This document shows, one piece after another, positions 44,184 to 52,718 of a stretch of DNA of 64,000 nt. The notes beneath the pieces were generated by a model. The model saw only the letters and a list, made by a program, of their open reading frames with translations, was not told the origin of the DNA and did no database searches. Source of the stretch: Candidatus Melainabacteria bacterium (GTDB taxonomy: Bacteria; Cyanobacteriota; Vampirovibrionia; 2-02-FULL-35-15); the NCBI GenBank assembly GCA_023250195.1, contig JAHFBF010000001.1, positions 273,907 to 337,906 on the forward strand, read 5' to 3'. Both the position numbers and the translations under genes were made by a program. The first letter of the stretch is position 1; each line of letters begins with the position of its first letter.

Positions 44184-45524
44184 ATGCCACGATCTGTCTT
44201 TGACAAAATTTGGGATTCACACACTGTAGAAGAATTGCCAGGAAATAATTATTTGATCTTTATGGATCAAATTGTTGCACATGAAATTACAACTCCACAG
44301 GGTGCTATGGAAATTGATCAAAATTTTAACGGAAAGCTTTATTCACCAGATAGAATTATTGCCATAAATGATCACGTTGCTCCTGCAAAAGACACTGCCA
44401 CAGCGATTCAGGCAAAGGTATTACGGGATTGGGCAAAGAAACACAGGATAAAAATATTTGATATTGGAGACAATGGAATTTGTCATGTAGTTGCACCTGA
44501 AAGAGGCTATGTACAGCCAGGAATGACGCTTTGCTGCGGCGACAGCCATACCGGTACAAATGGTGCCTTTGGTGTATTTGCATTAGGGATAGGAACCACT
44601 GCACAGGCAGGAGCAATGCTTGCACAATGTTTAATTTTAAACAAACCAAAAACTTTCAGAGTATTAATTGATGGAAAGCTTCCATCATTTGTTTATGCAA
44701 AAGATGTAATTCTGGCAATTATTGGAAAAATATCTTTCCGTGGTGCTACAGGTTATGTTCTTGAATATGCAGGTTCTACCATTGAATCAATGTCAATGGA
44801 AGAAAGAATGACCATGTGCAATATGTCCATTGAAGCAGGTGCTACAAGCGGCATGATAAGTCCTGATCAAGTTACTGCCGATTATTTATGGGGTAAAGAA
44901 GTTATTACAAAAGACAAAAATGAATTTGAAAAATTAAAAATTAAATGGTTAAGTTATGCCAGCGATAAAGCTGTAAAATATGACAAAGAAATTTCTTTAG
45001 ATGCAAATTCATTAAAACCAAAAATCACCTGGGGAACCAATCCTGGTGAAGTTATAGATATTGATGGTGAGATTCCATCTGATGCAGATGAAAGCTCTCT
45101 TGAATACATGGGACTAAAAAAGGGGCAAAAGTTAATGACTCTTCCTATGGATCAGGCTTTTATTGGCTCATGTACAAATTCCAGAATTTCAGATCTTCGT
45201 GAAGCTGCAAAAATATTAAAAGGTAAAAAAGTTTCAATCCCGACAATTATTACTCCAGGTTCACAGGCAGTGAAAAGACAGGCAGAACGTGAAGGACTAC
45301 ATGATATTTTTCAGGATGCCGGTGTACTCTGGACACACTCATCATGTGGACCATGTCTTGGAATGTCTATGGGTGTAGTTGCTCCGGGATCCAGATGTAT
45401 TTCCTCTACAAATAGAAACTTTCCAGGACGTATGGGAACGGGTTCAAGACCACATTTGGCAAGCCCTGCTGTGGTAGCAGCAAGTGCCTTAACCGGAGTA
45501 ATTACCCATCCAAAGGATTTATAA
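44184..45524 (+). CDS. leuC: 3-isopropylmalate dehydratase large subunit
   Basis: HEITTPQ, GDSHT, FIGSCTNSRI, CGPCLGM, STNRNFPGR, HLASP. Confidence 0.92.
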   Translation: MPRSVFDKIWDSHTVEELPGNNYLIFMDQIVAHEITTPQGAMEIDQNFNGKLYSPDRIIAINDHVAPAKDTATAIQAKVLRDWAKKHRIKIFDIGDNGICHVVAPERGYVQPGMTLCCGDSHTGTNGAFGVFALGIGTTAQAGAMLAQCLILNKPKTFRVLIDGKLPSFVYAKDVILAIIGKISFRGATGYVLEYAGSTIESMSMEERMTMCNMSIEAGATSGMISPDQVTADYLWGKEVITKDKNEFEKLKIKWLSYASDKAVKYDKEISLDANSLKPKITWGTNPGEVIDIDGEIPSDADESSLEYMGLKKGQKLMTLPMDQAFIGSCTNSRISDLREAAKILKGKKVSIPTIITPGSQAVKRQAEREGLHDIFQDAGVLWTHSSCGPCLGMSMGVVAPGSRCISSTNRNFPGRMGTGSRPHLASPAVVAASALTGVITHPKDL

Positions 45525-46052
45525 ATGATAATCAAAGGCAAAATCTTACCATTAGACAGAAGTAATATTGACACTGATCAAATTATTCCAGCACGACATC
45601 TTACAGGAATTACAAAGAGCGGCTATGGAGTTTATTTACTTGAAGATGTTCCTCATACTACAATCAACGAGCCAAAATATAAAGACTCAACTGTCTTATT
45701 AACAAGAGAAAACTTCGGCTGCGGTTCTTCCCGCGAACATGCTGTCTGGGCAATTATGGACAGAGGCTTTAAAGTAGTCATTGCCACCAGCTTTGCAAGA
45801 ATCTTTGAGGAAAATTGTTATAACAATGGTTTAGTTCCTATTAAATTAAAACCAGAAGAAATTGAAAAATTGTTTAACCAAAATGAATGTGAAATTGACG
45901 TAATCAATCAAATCGTAAAACTCTCAAATGGTGAAACTCTGAACTTTGATCTTGATCCGCTAAAAAAAGAATTTATATTAAAAGGCGGGTTTTTAAAGTT
46001 TATGGAAGGTAAGATCGACCACGTAAAGACCTGGGAAAAGCAATACAGTTAA
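45525..46052 (+). CDS. leuD: 3-isopropylmalate dehydratase small subunit
   Basis: NIDTDQIIPA, NFGCGSSREHA, SFARIF. Confidence 0.93.
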   Translation: MIIKGKILPLDRSNIDTDQIIPARHLTGITKSGYGVYLLEDVPHTTINEPKYKDSTVLLTRENFGCGSSREHAVWAIMDRGFKVVIATSFARIFEENCYNNGLVPIKLKPEEIEKLFNQNECEIDVINQIVKLSNGETLNFDLDPLKKEFILKGGFLKFMEGKIDHVKTWEKQYS

Positions 46053-47680
46053 CGTAAAGGTTCTCTCACAGGAATATCTACAACAATCGGATCATGATCC
46101 GAGATTCTATTGCCAAATGCTCTGTTTACCAGCTGCAAAGTTCTCCCAAAATGAGGAGCAAATACATATGAACCTTCTTTATCTTTCGGATCTTTTAATT
46201 TTAAGGGTTTTACAAAAAACCAGTCCAGTTTATATTTTGCAATTCCAAGATTTCTTTCAAGTTCAAAGGTATGTTTATATCCTTTAAAACTCCGTTCATT
46301 TGAATTCCCTGAAAATGCAGAATAGCCGTATGCCTTTCCTGATATCCCTCTTAAATCAAATGCGCCACCATCATTGAATCTGAATTCTGTCAAAAGATCA
46401 AAAAGTTTTCGTTCTTTATTTGGCAAAATAATAGGAATATTTTTTGTGGTTGGATCTTTAAATTGTTTAAATGCATTTGCTGTATTTAAACCTAACGCCT
46501 GTATAAGGCTAATTGGTGTTAAATATAAAATTGCCTGCTTAGCTACGTATACAGGATCTTTCACTCTTTTCAACACTTCTTTCTTTACTGATACAGGAGT
46601 TGCATCAGCACCGGTTGTATTAAAATCTCCGGCTAAAACAAGAGGATTATTGACATTTCGGAGTCTGTTTAATAAAAATTCAAGCTGCTTATATCTACAT
46701 TCAGGCACACATCTGTTTTCAAGATGTGTTGCAACAACTGTAATTTTATTATTATTTGGAAGTAAAAGATCCGCGACAATTGCCATTCTTCCTCCTTGAC
46801 GTAATTCTGTTAAAACCTTTGAAGAAAAAACCTTTTCAGCAGCTTCTCTTCTTGCAAGCTCAAGGGCTGAAAGCTTATTTGACTCTTCTTCATACCATTT
46901 ATAACAATCAGGAAGCCTTACAATCTTTGCATTTAAAATTGGATATTTTGAAAGTACTGCAGTTCCATGTAACCCTTTAAATCTATTTTTGTCGATATTA
47001 TCCAGCTGCTCCAATGCTTGAGGCTCAAGAAATGTTCTTTCTTCATTTGTAAACTTTTCAATTCCAAGCTGGTAAGGATCTACTTCAATAAATTCTGTTC
47101 CAAAAATAAAACCCATTTTTAATACCGATGCTAATTCTTTTACAATATTCTGATATTTTGTTCTTGGCAATCCTATATCAACTTCATTTAAAATGATTAT
47201 GCTTGTCTCTCTTAGAACTCTTAGCTCTTCCTGCAATGTATCATTATTTTCATCTGATGTAATATTTACTAAAAAGACTTTCTTAATCAAATCAATATTA
47301 AACCCTCTTTCAATATTCCAGCTCGCTACCCTAAAAAAGTCCCCTAACATTCCTTCATTCAAGAAAGTTATTTCACCTACAGACGGCTGCAAAATAATTG
47401 GAGTATTTAATTGTTTTTCAAGCTTCTCTTTAAGCTCTCTAGAAGGATTTGATGTTTTGCTTAATTGAACCAAATTTTGATAATCTAAATAAAACTTTGT
47501 AGTGTCATTCCCACGAAAGCGGGAATCCAGGTTATACTCATCATCGTTATTATGACTGGATTCCCTGGTCAAGTTAGGGAAGGACATGTCACTCTCAGAT
47601 TTTTGACATAATCCACTAAAATAAAAAGATGAGTTTAAAGATATAATAAATAAAATAATGATTAGAAGGATTTTTCTCAT
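46049..47680 (-). CDS. Exported endonuclease/exonuclease/phosphatase family protein
   Basis: ASWNIERG, LNEVD, AVLSKYP, THLE, LAGDFNT, KLDWFF, SDHDP. Confidence 0.85.
   Translation of the reverse strand: MRKILLIIILFIISLNSSFYFSGLCQKSESDMSFPNLTRESSHNNDDEYNLDSRFRGNDTTKFYLDYQNLVQLSKTSNPSRELKEKLEKQLNTPIILQPSVGEITFLNEGMLGDFFRVASWNIERGFNIDLIKKVFLVNITSDENNDTLQEELRVLRETSIIILNEVDIGLPRTKYQNIVKELASVLKMGFIFGTEFIEVDPYQLGIEKFTNEERTFLEPQALEQLDNIDKNRFKGLHGTAVLSKYPILNAKIVRLPDCYKWYEEESNKLSALELARREAAEKVFSSKVLTELRQGGRMAIVADLLLPNNNKITVVATHLENRCVPECRYKQLEFLLNRLRNVNNPLVLAGDFNTTGADATPVSVKKEVLKRVKDPVYVAKQAILYLTPISLIQALGLNTANAFKQFKDPTTKNIPIILPNKERKLFDLLTEFRFNDGGAFDLRGISGKAYGYSAFSGNSNERSFKGYKHTFELERNLGIAKYKLDWFFVKPLKLKDPKDKEGSYVFAPHFGRTLQLVNRAFGNRISDHDPIVVDIPVREPLR
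47503..47586. repeat. GTCATTCCC-type palindrome in frame in the EEP gene
   Basis: 84 bp; close match to the intergenic copy at 3974-4059. Confidence 0.88.
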
Positions 47681-47698
47681 ATAATAAATGATACAACC

Positions 47699-48832
47699 AT
47701 GACAAAAGATTCAATAACCGCAGTTTATACTGTAAAAAAAGATGAGCGGGATATAAAGAAATTTGCTCAGGCTATAGCAATAGGACAAACTACAGGTACC
47801 TGGAATGAACTTTCAGGTAATTTAAGATTACAAGTTTCAAAACATGTTGCCGAAGTTCTATCAATTGAAGAATCCGAATTTACTTCTATAATTAAAATTG
47901 CATTCCCTATTGAAAATTTTGGTTCAGATCTCGGAGCATTATTAACTGCTATTTATGGGAAAATCAGTCTTGCTCCAAAAATTAAACTTGAAGACATCGA
48001 ATTTTCACAAAAATATTTACAGATGTTTAAAGGACCAAAATATGGTATTAGCGGAATCAGAGAACTTGTCGGCAAGGATAGAAGTCCGCTCTTAATGAGC
48101 ATATTCAAGCCCTGTTTAGGACTTAGTCCTGGTGAGCTTGGGACTATGTTTTATTCACAGGCAGAAGCTGGTTTTGATCTTGTAAAAGATGATGAGATTT
48201 TATATAACAGTGATTTTAATTTAACCTTAAAAAGACTTGAAGCATGCCTGCAGGCAAAAGAAAAAGCAAATGCCAGGACAATTTACGCAATAAATCTTAC
48301 AGGAGAAGTAACTGAAATTTTGAATCATGCAATTCAATTAGAAAAAAACGGAGCAAATTGTATTTTATTTAATTATGTTTCTTATGGATTGCCGCTTCTT
48401 GCAGCACTTAGAAAGACTATTTCAATTCCGATTATGGCTCATCCTGCATTTGCAGGGGCTATGTGCATGAGCAGCAATTCAGGACTAAGTGAAAAACTGC
48501 TTCTTGGCAGTTTGCCAAGGATTGCCGGTGCTGATTTTGTTTTATTTCCAAGTCCATATGGATCACTTGCATGGGACAAAGATGTTACAAAAGACATTCA
48601 AGACAAATTAACCAGGTCACTTTCAAATATCAAATCTTCTTGGCCTGTACCGTCTGCAGGTGTTAAAACAAGCATGATAAAAGAAATGGTTCTAGACTTT
48701 GGAGAAGATATTGTGATAAATGCCGGAACTGCTGTCTGGGAGCATAAAAATGGCGGACTTAACGGTGCTAAAGAGTTTATTAAAGAGATTGAAAATTTAA
48801 ACATAAAAGAAGTGGTTCAAAGTTCAAATTAA
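47699..48832 (+). CDS. mtnW: RuBisCO-like protein (form IV), 2,3-diketo-5-methylthiopentyl-1-phosphate enolase
   Basis: GQTTGTW, GPKYGI.GIR, PLLMSIFKP, DLVKDDE, MAHPAFAG, PSPYGS, PVPSAG; followed by mtnX and mtnB. Confidence 0.9.
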   Translation: MTKDSITAVYTVKKDERDIKKFAQAIAIGQTTGTWNELSGNLRLQVSKHVAEVLSIEESEFTSIIKIAFPIENFGSDLGALLTAIYGKISLAPKIKLEDIEFSQKYLQMFKGPKYGISGIRELVGKDRSPLLMSIFKPCLGLSPGELGTMFYSQAEAGFDLVKDDEILYNSDFNLTLKRLEACLQAKEKANARTIYAINLTGEVTEILNHAIQLEKNGANCILFNYVSYGLPLLAALRKTISIPIMAHPAFAGAMCMSSNSGLSEKLLLGSLPRIAGADFVLFPSPYGSLAWDKDVTKDIQDKLTRSLSNIKSSWPVPSAGVKTSMIKEMVLDFGEDIVINAGTAVWEHKNGGLNGAKEFIKEIENLNIKEVVQSSN

Positions 48833-48834
48833 TT

Positions 48835-49512
48835 ATGAGTAGACTCAAAACTCCGATAATTTTTTCTGATTTCGACGGCACTATTACAGAACATGATGTA
48901 ATTATATCAATCATGGAAAAGTTTGCTCCTCCAGAATGGATAGAATTAAAAGACAAAATTTTATATAAAAGAACCGTTACTTTAAAAGACGGTGTAGAAA
49001 AGCTTTTCAGTTTAATTGAAAGTAGTAAAAAAAATGAAATCGTAAATTATATAAAGGAAAATACAAGACTAAGGAAAGGCTTTGAAGATTTTTTAAGCTT
49101 TTGCAAAAACAAACAGATTGAATTCAATGTGCTTAGTGGAGGGCTTGATTTTCATATTGAGCCTATATTAGAAAGTTTTAAAGATAAATTAAAAATCTTC
49201 TGTAATAAAGCAAATTTCAATTCAGACAGAATAAAAATAGATTATAAGTATCTGCCTATAAACTGTACTTCCTGTGGCGACTGTGGTTTCTGTAAAATTG
49301 AGGTTATAGAACAATTCACAAAAGAAAAGTTTACAAGAATATTAATAGGTGACAGTCTTACAGACTTATCTCCTTCAAAAGTAGCAGATGTCGTATTTGC
49401 AAGAGGTGATTTGATAAAATATTTAGAACAAGAGAATATTTCTTATATTCCTTTTTCAAACTTTCATGAGGTAAAAGAAAAATTAGTACAAAAACTATCA
49501 ATAAAGATTTAA
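48835..49512 (+). CDS. mtnX: HK-MTPenyl-1-P phosphatase (HAD)
   Basis: SDFDGTIT, LSGG, CGDCGFCK, IGDSLTD, VFARG. Confidence 0.9.
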   Translation: MSRLKTPIIFSDFDGTITEHDVIISIMEKFAPPEWIELKDKILYKRTVTLKDGVEKLFSLIESSKKNEIVNYIKENTRLRKGFEDFLSFCKNKQIEFNVLSGGLDFHIEPILESFKDKLKIFCNKANFNSDRIKIDYKYLPINCTSCGDCGFCKIEVIEQFTKEKFTRILIGDSLTDLSPSKVADVVFARGDLIKYLEQENISYIPFSNFHEVKEKLVQKLSIKI

Positions 49513-50108
49513 AACTACAGCAAGCAAAAACCGACTTAATAAAAGTCAGTAAAAGCTTTTATCATCGCGGCTGGATGCTTGGTACTTCGGGAAATCTTTC
49601 TGTCTTAATTGAAGAAAATCCAATTCAATTTTTAATTACTGCAAGTGGAAAAGATAAAGGAGAACTTACTGAAGATGATTTTATTTTAGTAGATGAGTTT
49701 GGAGTCATTGCGAGGAGTGACGTGAATACGTTAAAACCATCAGCTGAAACTCTTTTACACAGCACTATTTATAAACATACAAATGCAAAAGCTGTTTTTC
49801 ATGTTCATACTGCAAATAACACACTATTATCTATGAAATCACAGGATAAAATCATTTTTTCAGATCTTGAAATGCTAAAAGGACTGGGCTTCAAAACACA
49901 TGATGTGAAAATAGAAATTCCAATAATTGAAAATAATCAGGATATGAAATATCTATCCACCATTGCACCAAGTTATATTAGTGAAGAAATACCAGGACTT
50001 ATTTTAAAAGGACATGGAATTTATGCCTGGGGGAAGACCCCTCAAGAAGCTAAAAAGCATATAGAAATATTTGAGTTTCTTTTTGAATATAGAATTAAGG
50101 AACTGTAA
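49482..50108 (+). CDS. mtnB: Methylthioribulose-1-phosphate dehydratase (start uncertain)
   Basis: FYHRGWMLGTSGNLS, TASGKDKG, PSAETLLH, HVHT, GHGIYAWG; the conserved N-helix lies upstream of the first ATG (49575). Confidence 0.88.
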   Translation: MSTKTINKDLKLQQAKTDLIKVSKSFYHRGWMLGTSGNLSVLIEENPIQFLITASGKDKGELTEDDFILVDEFGVIARSDVNTLKPSAETLLHSTIYKHTNAKAVFHVHTANNTLLSMKSQDKIIFSDLEMLKGLGFKTHDVKIEIPIIENNQDMKYLSTIAPSYISEEIPGLILKGHGIYAWGKTPQEAKKHIEIFEFLFEYRIKEL

Positions 50109-50150
50109 ATAAAATTTTAAATTAATATATCTTCCTTCTAGTTTAAGTCT

Positions 50151-50411
50151 TTATTCAGCAGTTTTTTCTTCAGTTTCTAGGCGCTTTCTTAGCCGTTCTT
50201 GTAATCTTTCCATAACTTCTGGAGGAATTGGTTCTACTTCTGGCTGTAACCATGCTCCTGCTAATCTTATTGCCCCTCTTAATTCATCTGCTTGTCTTTC
50301 TTCTTTTGTTCTCTTATCATCATTATTACCATTAACCTCACCACTATCTCCACCTCCAGTTACCGTACTGTTCATTTTAAGAGATTTAATTCCACCTAAG
50401 TGTATACGCAT
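50151..50411 (-). CDS. Hypothetical protein
   Basis: GGGGG SD; 86 aa. Confidence 0.5.
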   Translation of the reverse strand: MRIHLGGIKSLKMNSTVTGGGDSGEVNGNNDDKRTKEERQADELRGAIRLAGAWLQPEVEPIPPEVMERLQERLRKRLETEEKTAE

Positions 50412-50519
50412 AATAAGCCCCCTGTTTTTGTATATCTATCCCTATGTTAGCCAGTAAATTACAATAATTCAATTCTCAAATCTAAAAATAAACTAAAGAT
50501 TGAAAGTAAATTTATTTAA

Positions 50520-51029
50520 TTAAGAAATGCTAGTAGTAGTGTTCACATGCATCTCATAAATAGCTTCCCATTTGGGATTTTCTTTAAAGACTCGAATACA
50601 ACAAATATTTTTTTTATCAGTTAAATCAAACCAATGTCTTGTATCAGCTGGTACAACCAGTAGGTCTCCAGGTTCTACATAAACTTCAAAAGGTGGATCA
50701 GTAAGCGGATTTATTCCAAATATCCCTTCACCTTCCACTGTAAATCTAACTTCATCATCCGAATGATGATGTTCTTTTATAAATGCACTTAGCATTTTGT
50801 CGAGATTTTGAGTATTCGAACTCATCGCACAGACATCTGCTGATGCATATCCAAATTTCTTTTTTAATTTTTCAATCTGATTTTTATATTTTACAAGTGG
50901 ATCTGAAATAGAACTGTCTGTGACTTCCGGCTGCCAGAAGTCAGCATATAAGCCATACTTTGAGAGAAAGGTTTTTGCTTCATTTTTATCAGTTATCGTT
51001 TTTGTATTAATCTTTATCTTCATATACAA
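50520..51029 (-). CDS. mtnD: Acireductone dioxygenase
   Basis: F.KEHHHSDDEVRF..EG.G.F, GDLLVVPADTRHWF. Confidence 0.92.
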   Translation of the reverse strand: MYMKIKINTKTITDKNEAKTFLSKYGLYADFWQPEVTDSSISDPLVKYKNQIEKLKKKFGYASADVCAMSSNTQNLDKMLSAFIKEHHHSDDEVRFTVEGEGIFGINPLTDPPFEVYVEPGDLLVVPADTRHWFDLTDKKNICCIRVFKENPKWEAIYEMHVNTTTSIS

Positions 51030-51042
51030 ACCCTATTTTATC

Positions 51043-52062
51043 CTATTCCGCATGCATATTAATATTTCTCGTCATTCTGGATAAATTATTAAATAAATTA
51101 CCACCAAATGAGGCAGCTATTAACTGAATAGTCCAATCAACTGTCTGCCCTCTTAAATCTTTACGTTCTAGTCTCGGAGCCACTTCCATAATTTCAAAAC
51201 CAGCCAATCTATCAGTCAGTCTTATTCTTTTATTTATAGCTCTGGCAAGCACAAGCCCCTCTCTAAGATTTAACTGGCTGTCACCACTTGTACCAGTACC
51301 TGTAACATTCATTGAATCTATATCCCAGGCTATATATACGTACTTAACTCTTTTCAAAAGATAATTTAGAGCTTCATCAACAATCTTATTTATCCCCCTA
51401 CTATCAATATCTTCCATTAAATACCATTTTGTATTTGGTTTAATATAACTTTTTTCACCAATTGCAATCTGAACAAAATTTTCCGGTTTTACTTTCGGCA
51501 ACTTTTTATTTTTCCCTATCATTAATAATTTTTGAAAATCAGGGTGTGAATCATAGTTTTTATTTGCAATAGCTACTGCAACAGGCATTCCATGTGCTCT
51601 CCACGATGGTGTATTTTTAGGAGAATGTGCATCAAAATGACGATCTATCCATAAAACCCCTGTAGTGGCAGGTTTTAAACCTGCCACTACACCAGAAATT
51701 GTCCCAATAGCAAGGCTATGATCACCACCTATTGTTAGCGGAATAGAAGCATTTTTAATTTCTCTTGAAACGGTTTTTGAAAGCCACTCATTAACCTTAA
51801 TTATTGATTCTATATTTTTAATTCTATTTTTTTTGTTTGTTGATTTATTAGTAGAAACATAAGTCATTAAGTCTTTATCGGGTTTAATGATTTTCACATT
51901 GAACCCTAATTCAATTAAATCATCTGAAAGACCATTGGACATCAACGCTTTAGGACCATCTTTAGCAGCATCATTTGGTCCACCAATGGAAAAAGGTGCA
52001 AGAATTATTGAAATGTTACGTTTTCTATTTCTATTTGCCATTATCTTTTCACAAAAGACCAT
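51043..52062 (-). CDS. Arginase/ureohydrolase family protein
   Basis: GGDHSLAIG, WIDRHFDAH, HGMP, WDIDS, MEVAP. Confidence 0.85.
   Translation of the reverse strand: MVFCEKIMANRNRKRNISIILAPFSIGGPNDAAKDGPKALMSNGLSDDLIELGFNVKIIKPDKDLMTYVSTNKSTNKKNRIKNIESIIKVNEWLSKTVSREIKNASIPLTIGGDHSLAIGTISGVVAGLKPATTGVLWIDRHFDAHSPKNTPSWRAHGMPVAVAIANKNYDSHPDFQKLLMIGKNKKLPKVKPENFVQIAIGEKSYIKPNTKWYLMEDIDSRGINKIVDEALNYLLKRVKYVYIAWDIDSMNVTGTGTSGDSQLNLREGLVLARAINKRIRLTDRLAGFEIMEVAPRLERKDLRGQTVDWTIQLIAASFGGNLFNNLSRMTRNINMHAE
51661..51691. repeat. GTAG-type palindrome in frame in the arginase gene
   Basis: Perfect 15-bp arms tgtagtggcaggttt-t-aaacctgccactaca. Confidence 0.9.
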
Positions 52063-52529
52063 TCAAGCTTTCTGAGAATATATTTCCACCTGGGCTCAAT
52101 ATCTGCTGTTAGCGCTCTAACCAAAATTGTTTTAAACCCAAACCTCTGACCAAGCCATGTATCAGTTAAAGGACGATCGCCTATTACTGCAATTTTATCA
52201 TTTTGTAATTTTAAAATTTCAAGGGCTTCGTGAACCCCAAATGACCAGGGCTTTTTTGCAAATCCAATTACCGGGAGATCCAAAACCTGTTTCACTGCTT
52301 CCAGATAAAATGCTTTTTTATTGTTTGTAAGCACTACTATCTTAAAATTTTTTTTCATCAGCTCCATCCATGGCTGTACATGTGGCTCCAATCTAGCACT
52401 TTTCGGTGCCATTATTGTATTATCCAGATCAAGGATTAAGCCTTCTACAGCAAGATTCTTAAGATCTTTAAGTGATACTTTCGTTACATCACCATCATAG
52501 ATTAAAGTAGGTTTTAGAAATGGAAACAT
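52041..52529 (-). CDS. YqeG family HAD IIIA phosphatase
   Basis: LDLDNTI, LTNN, AKKP, IGDRPLTD; ATG 52529 preferred. Confidence 0.88.
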   Translation of the reverse strand: MFPFLKPTLIYDGDVTKVSLKDLKNLAVEGLILDLDNTIMAPKSARLEPHVQPWMELMKKNFKIVVLTNNKKAFYLEAVKQVLDLPVIGFAKKPWSFGVHEALEILKLQNDKIAVIGDRPLTDTWLGQRFGFKTILVRALTADIEPRWKYILRKLEWSFVKR

Positions 52530-52626
52530 TTGGTTTAATTTATACTCTAACTCTTTTGATAGATTTATGCCTAATTGATTATAATTCAATCTGATTAGAA
52601 TTGTTATTCTATCTAACAAATTCACA

Positions 52627-52718
52627 AATTAGAGGCTTTGTCCAATTTACTTGGCAAAGCCGATCAAGCGTAAGATAAGATCGAAGGAAGCGCAAACTTG
52701 TTTTGCGCTTTGAAAAAA
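52627..52718 (-). repeat. Family E element, copy 5
   Basis: Minus strand aagcgcaaa-acaag-tttgcgctt ... gatc-ggctttg-ccaa-gtaaa-ttgg-a-caaagcc. Confidence 0.8.

Noticed and set aside
47699..48832. CO2-fixing RuBisCO
   Set aside because: Short form IV sequence with YkrW-type motifs and mtnX/mtnB context; no rbcS or prk
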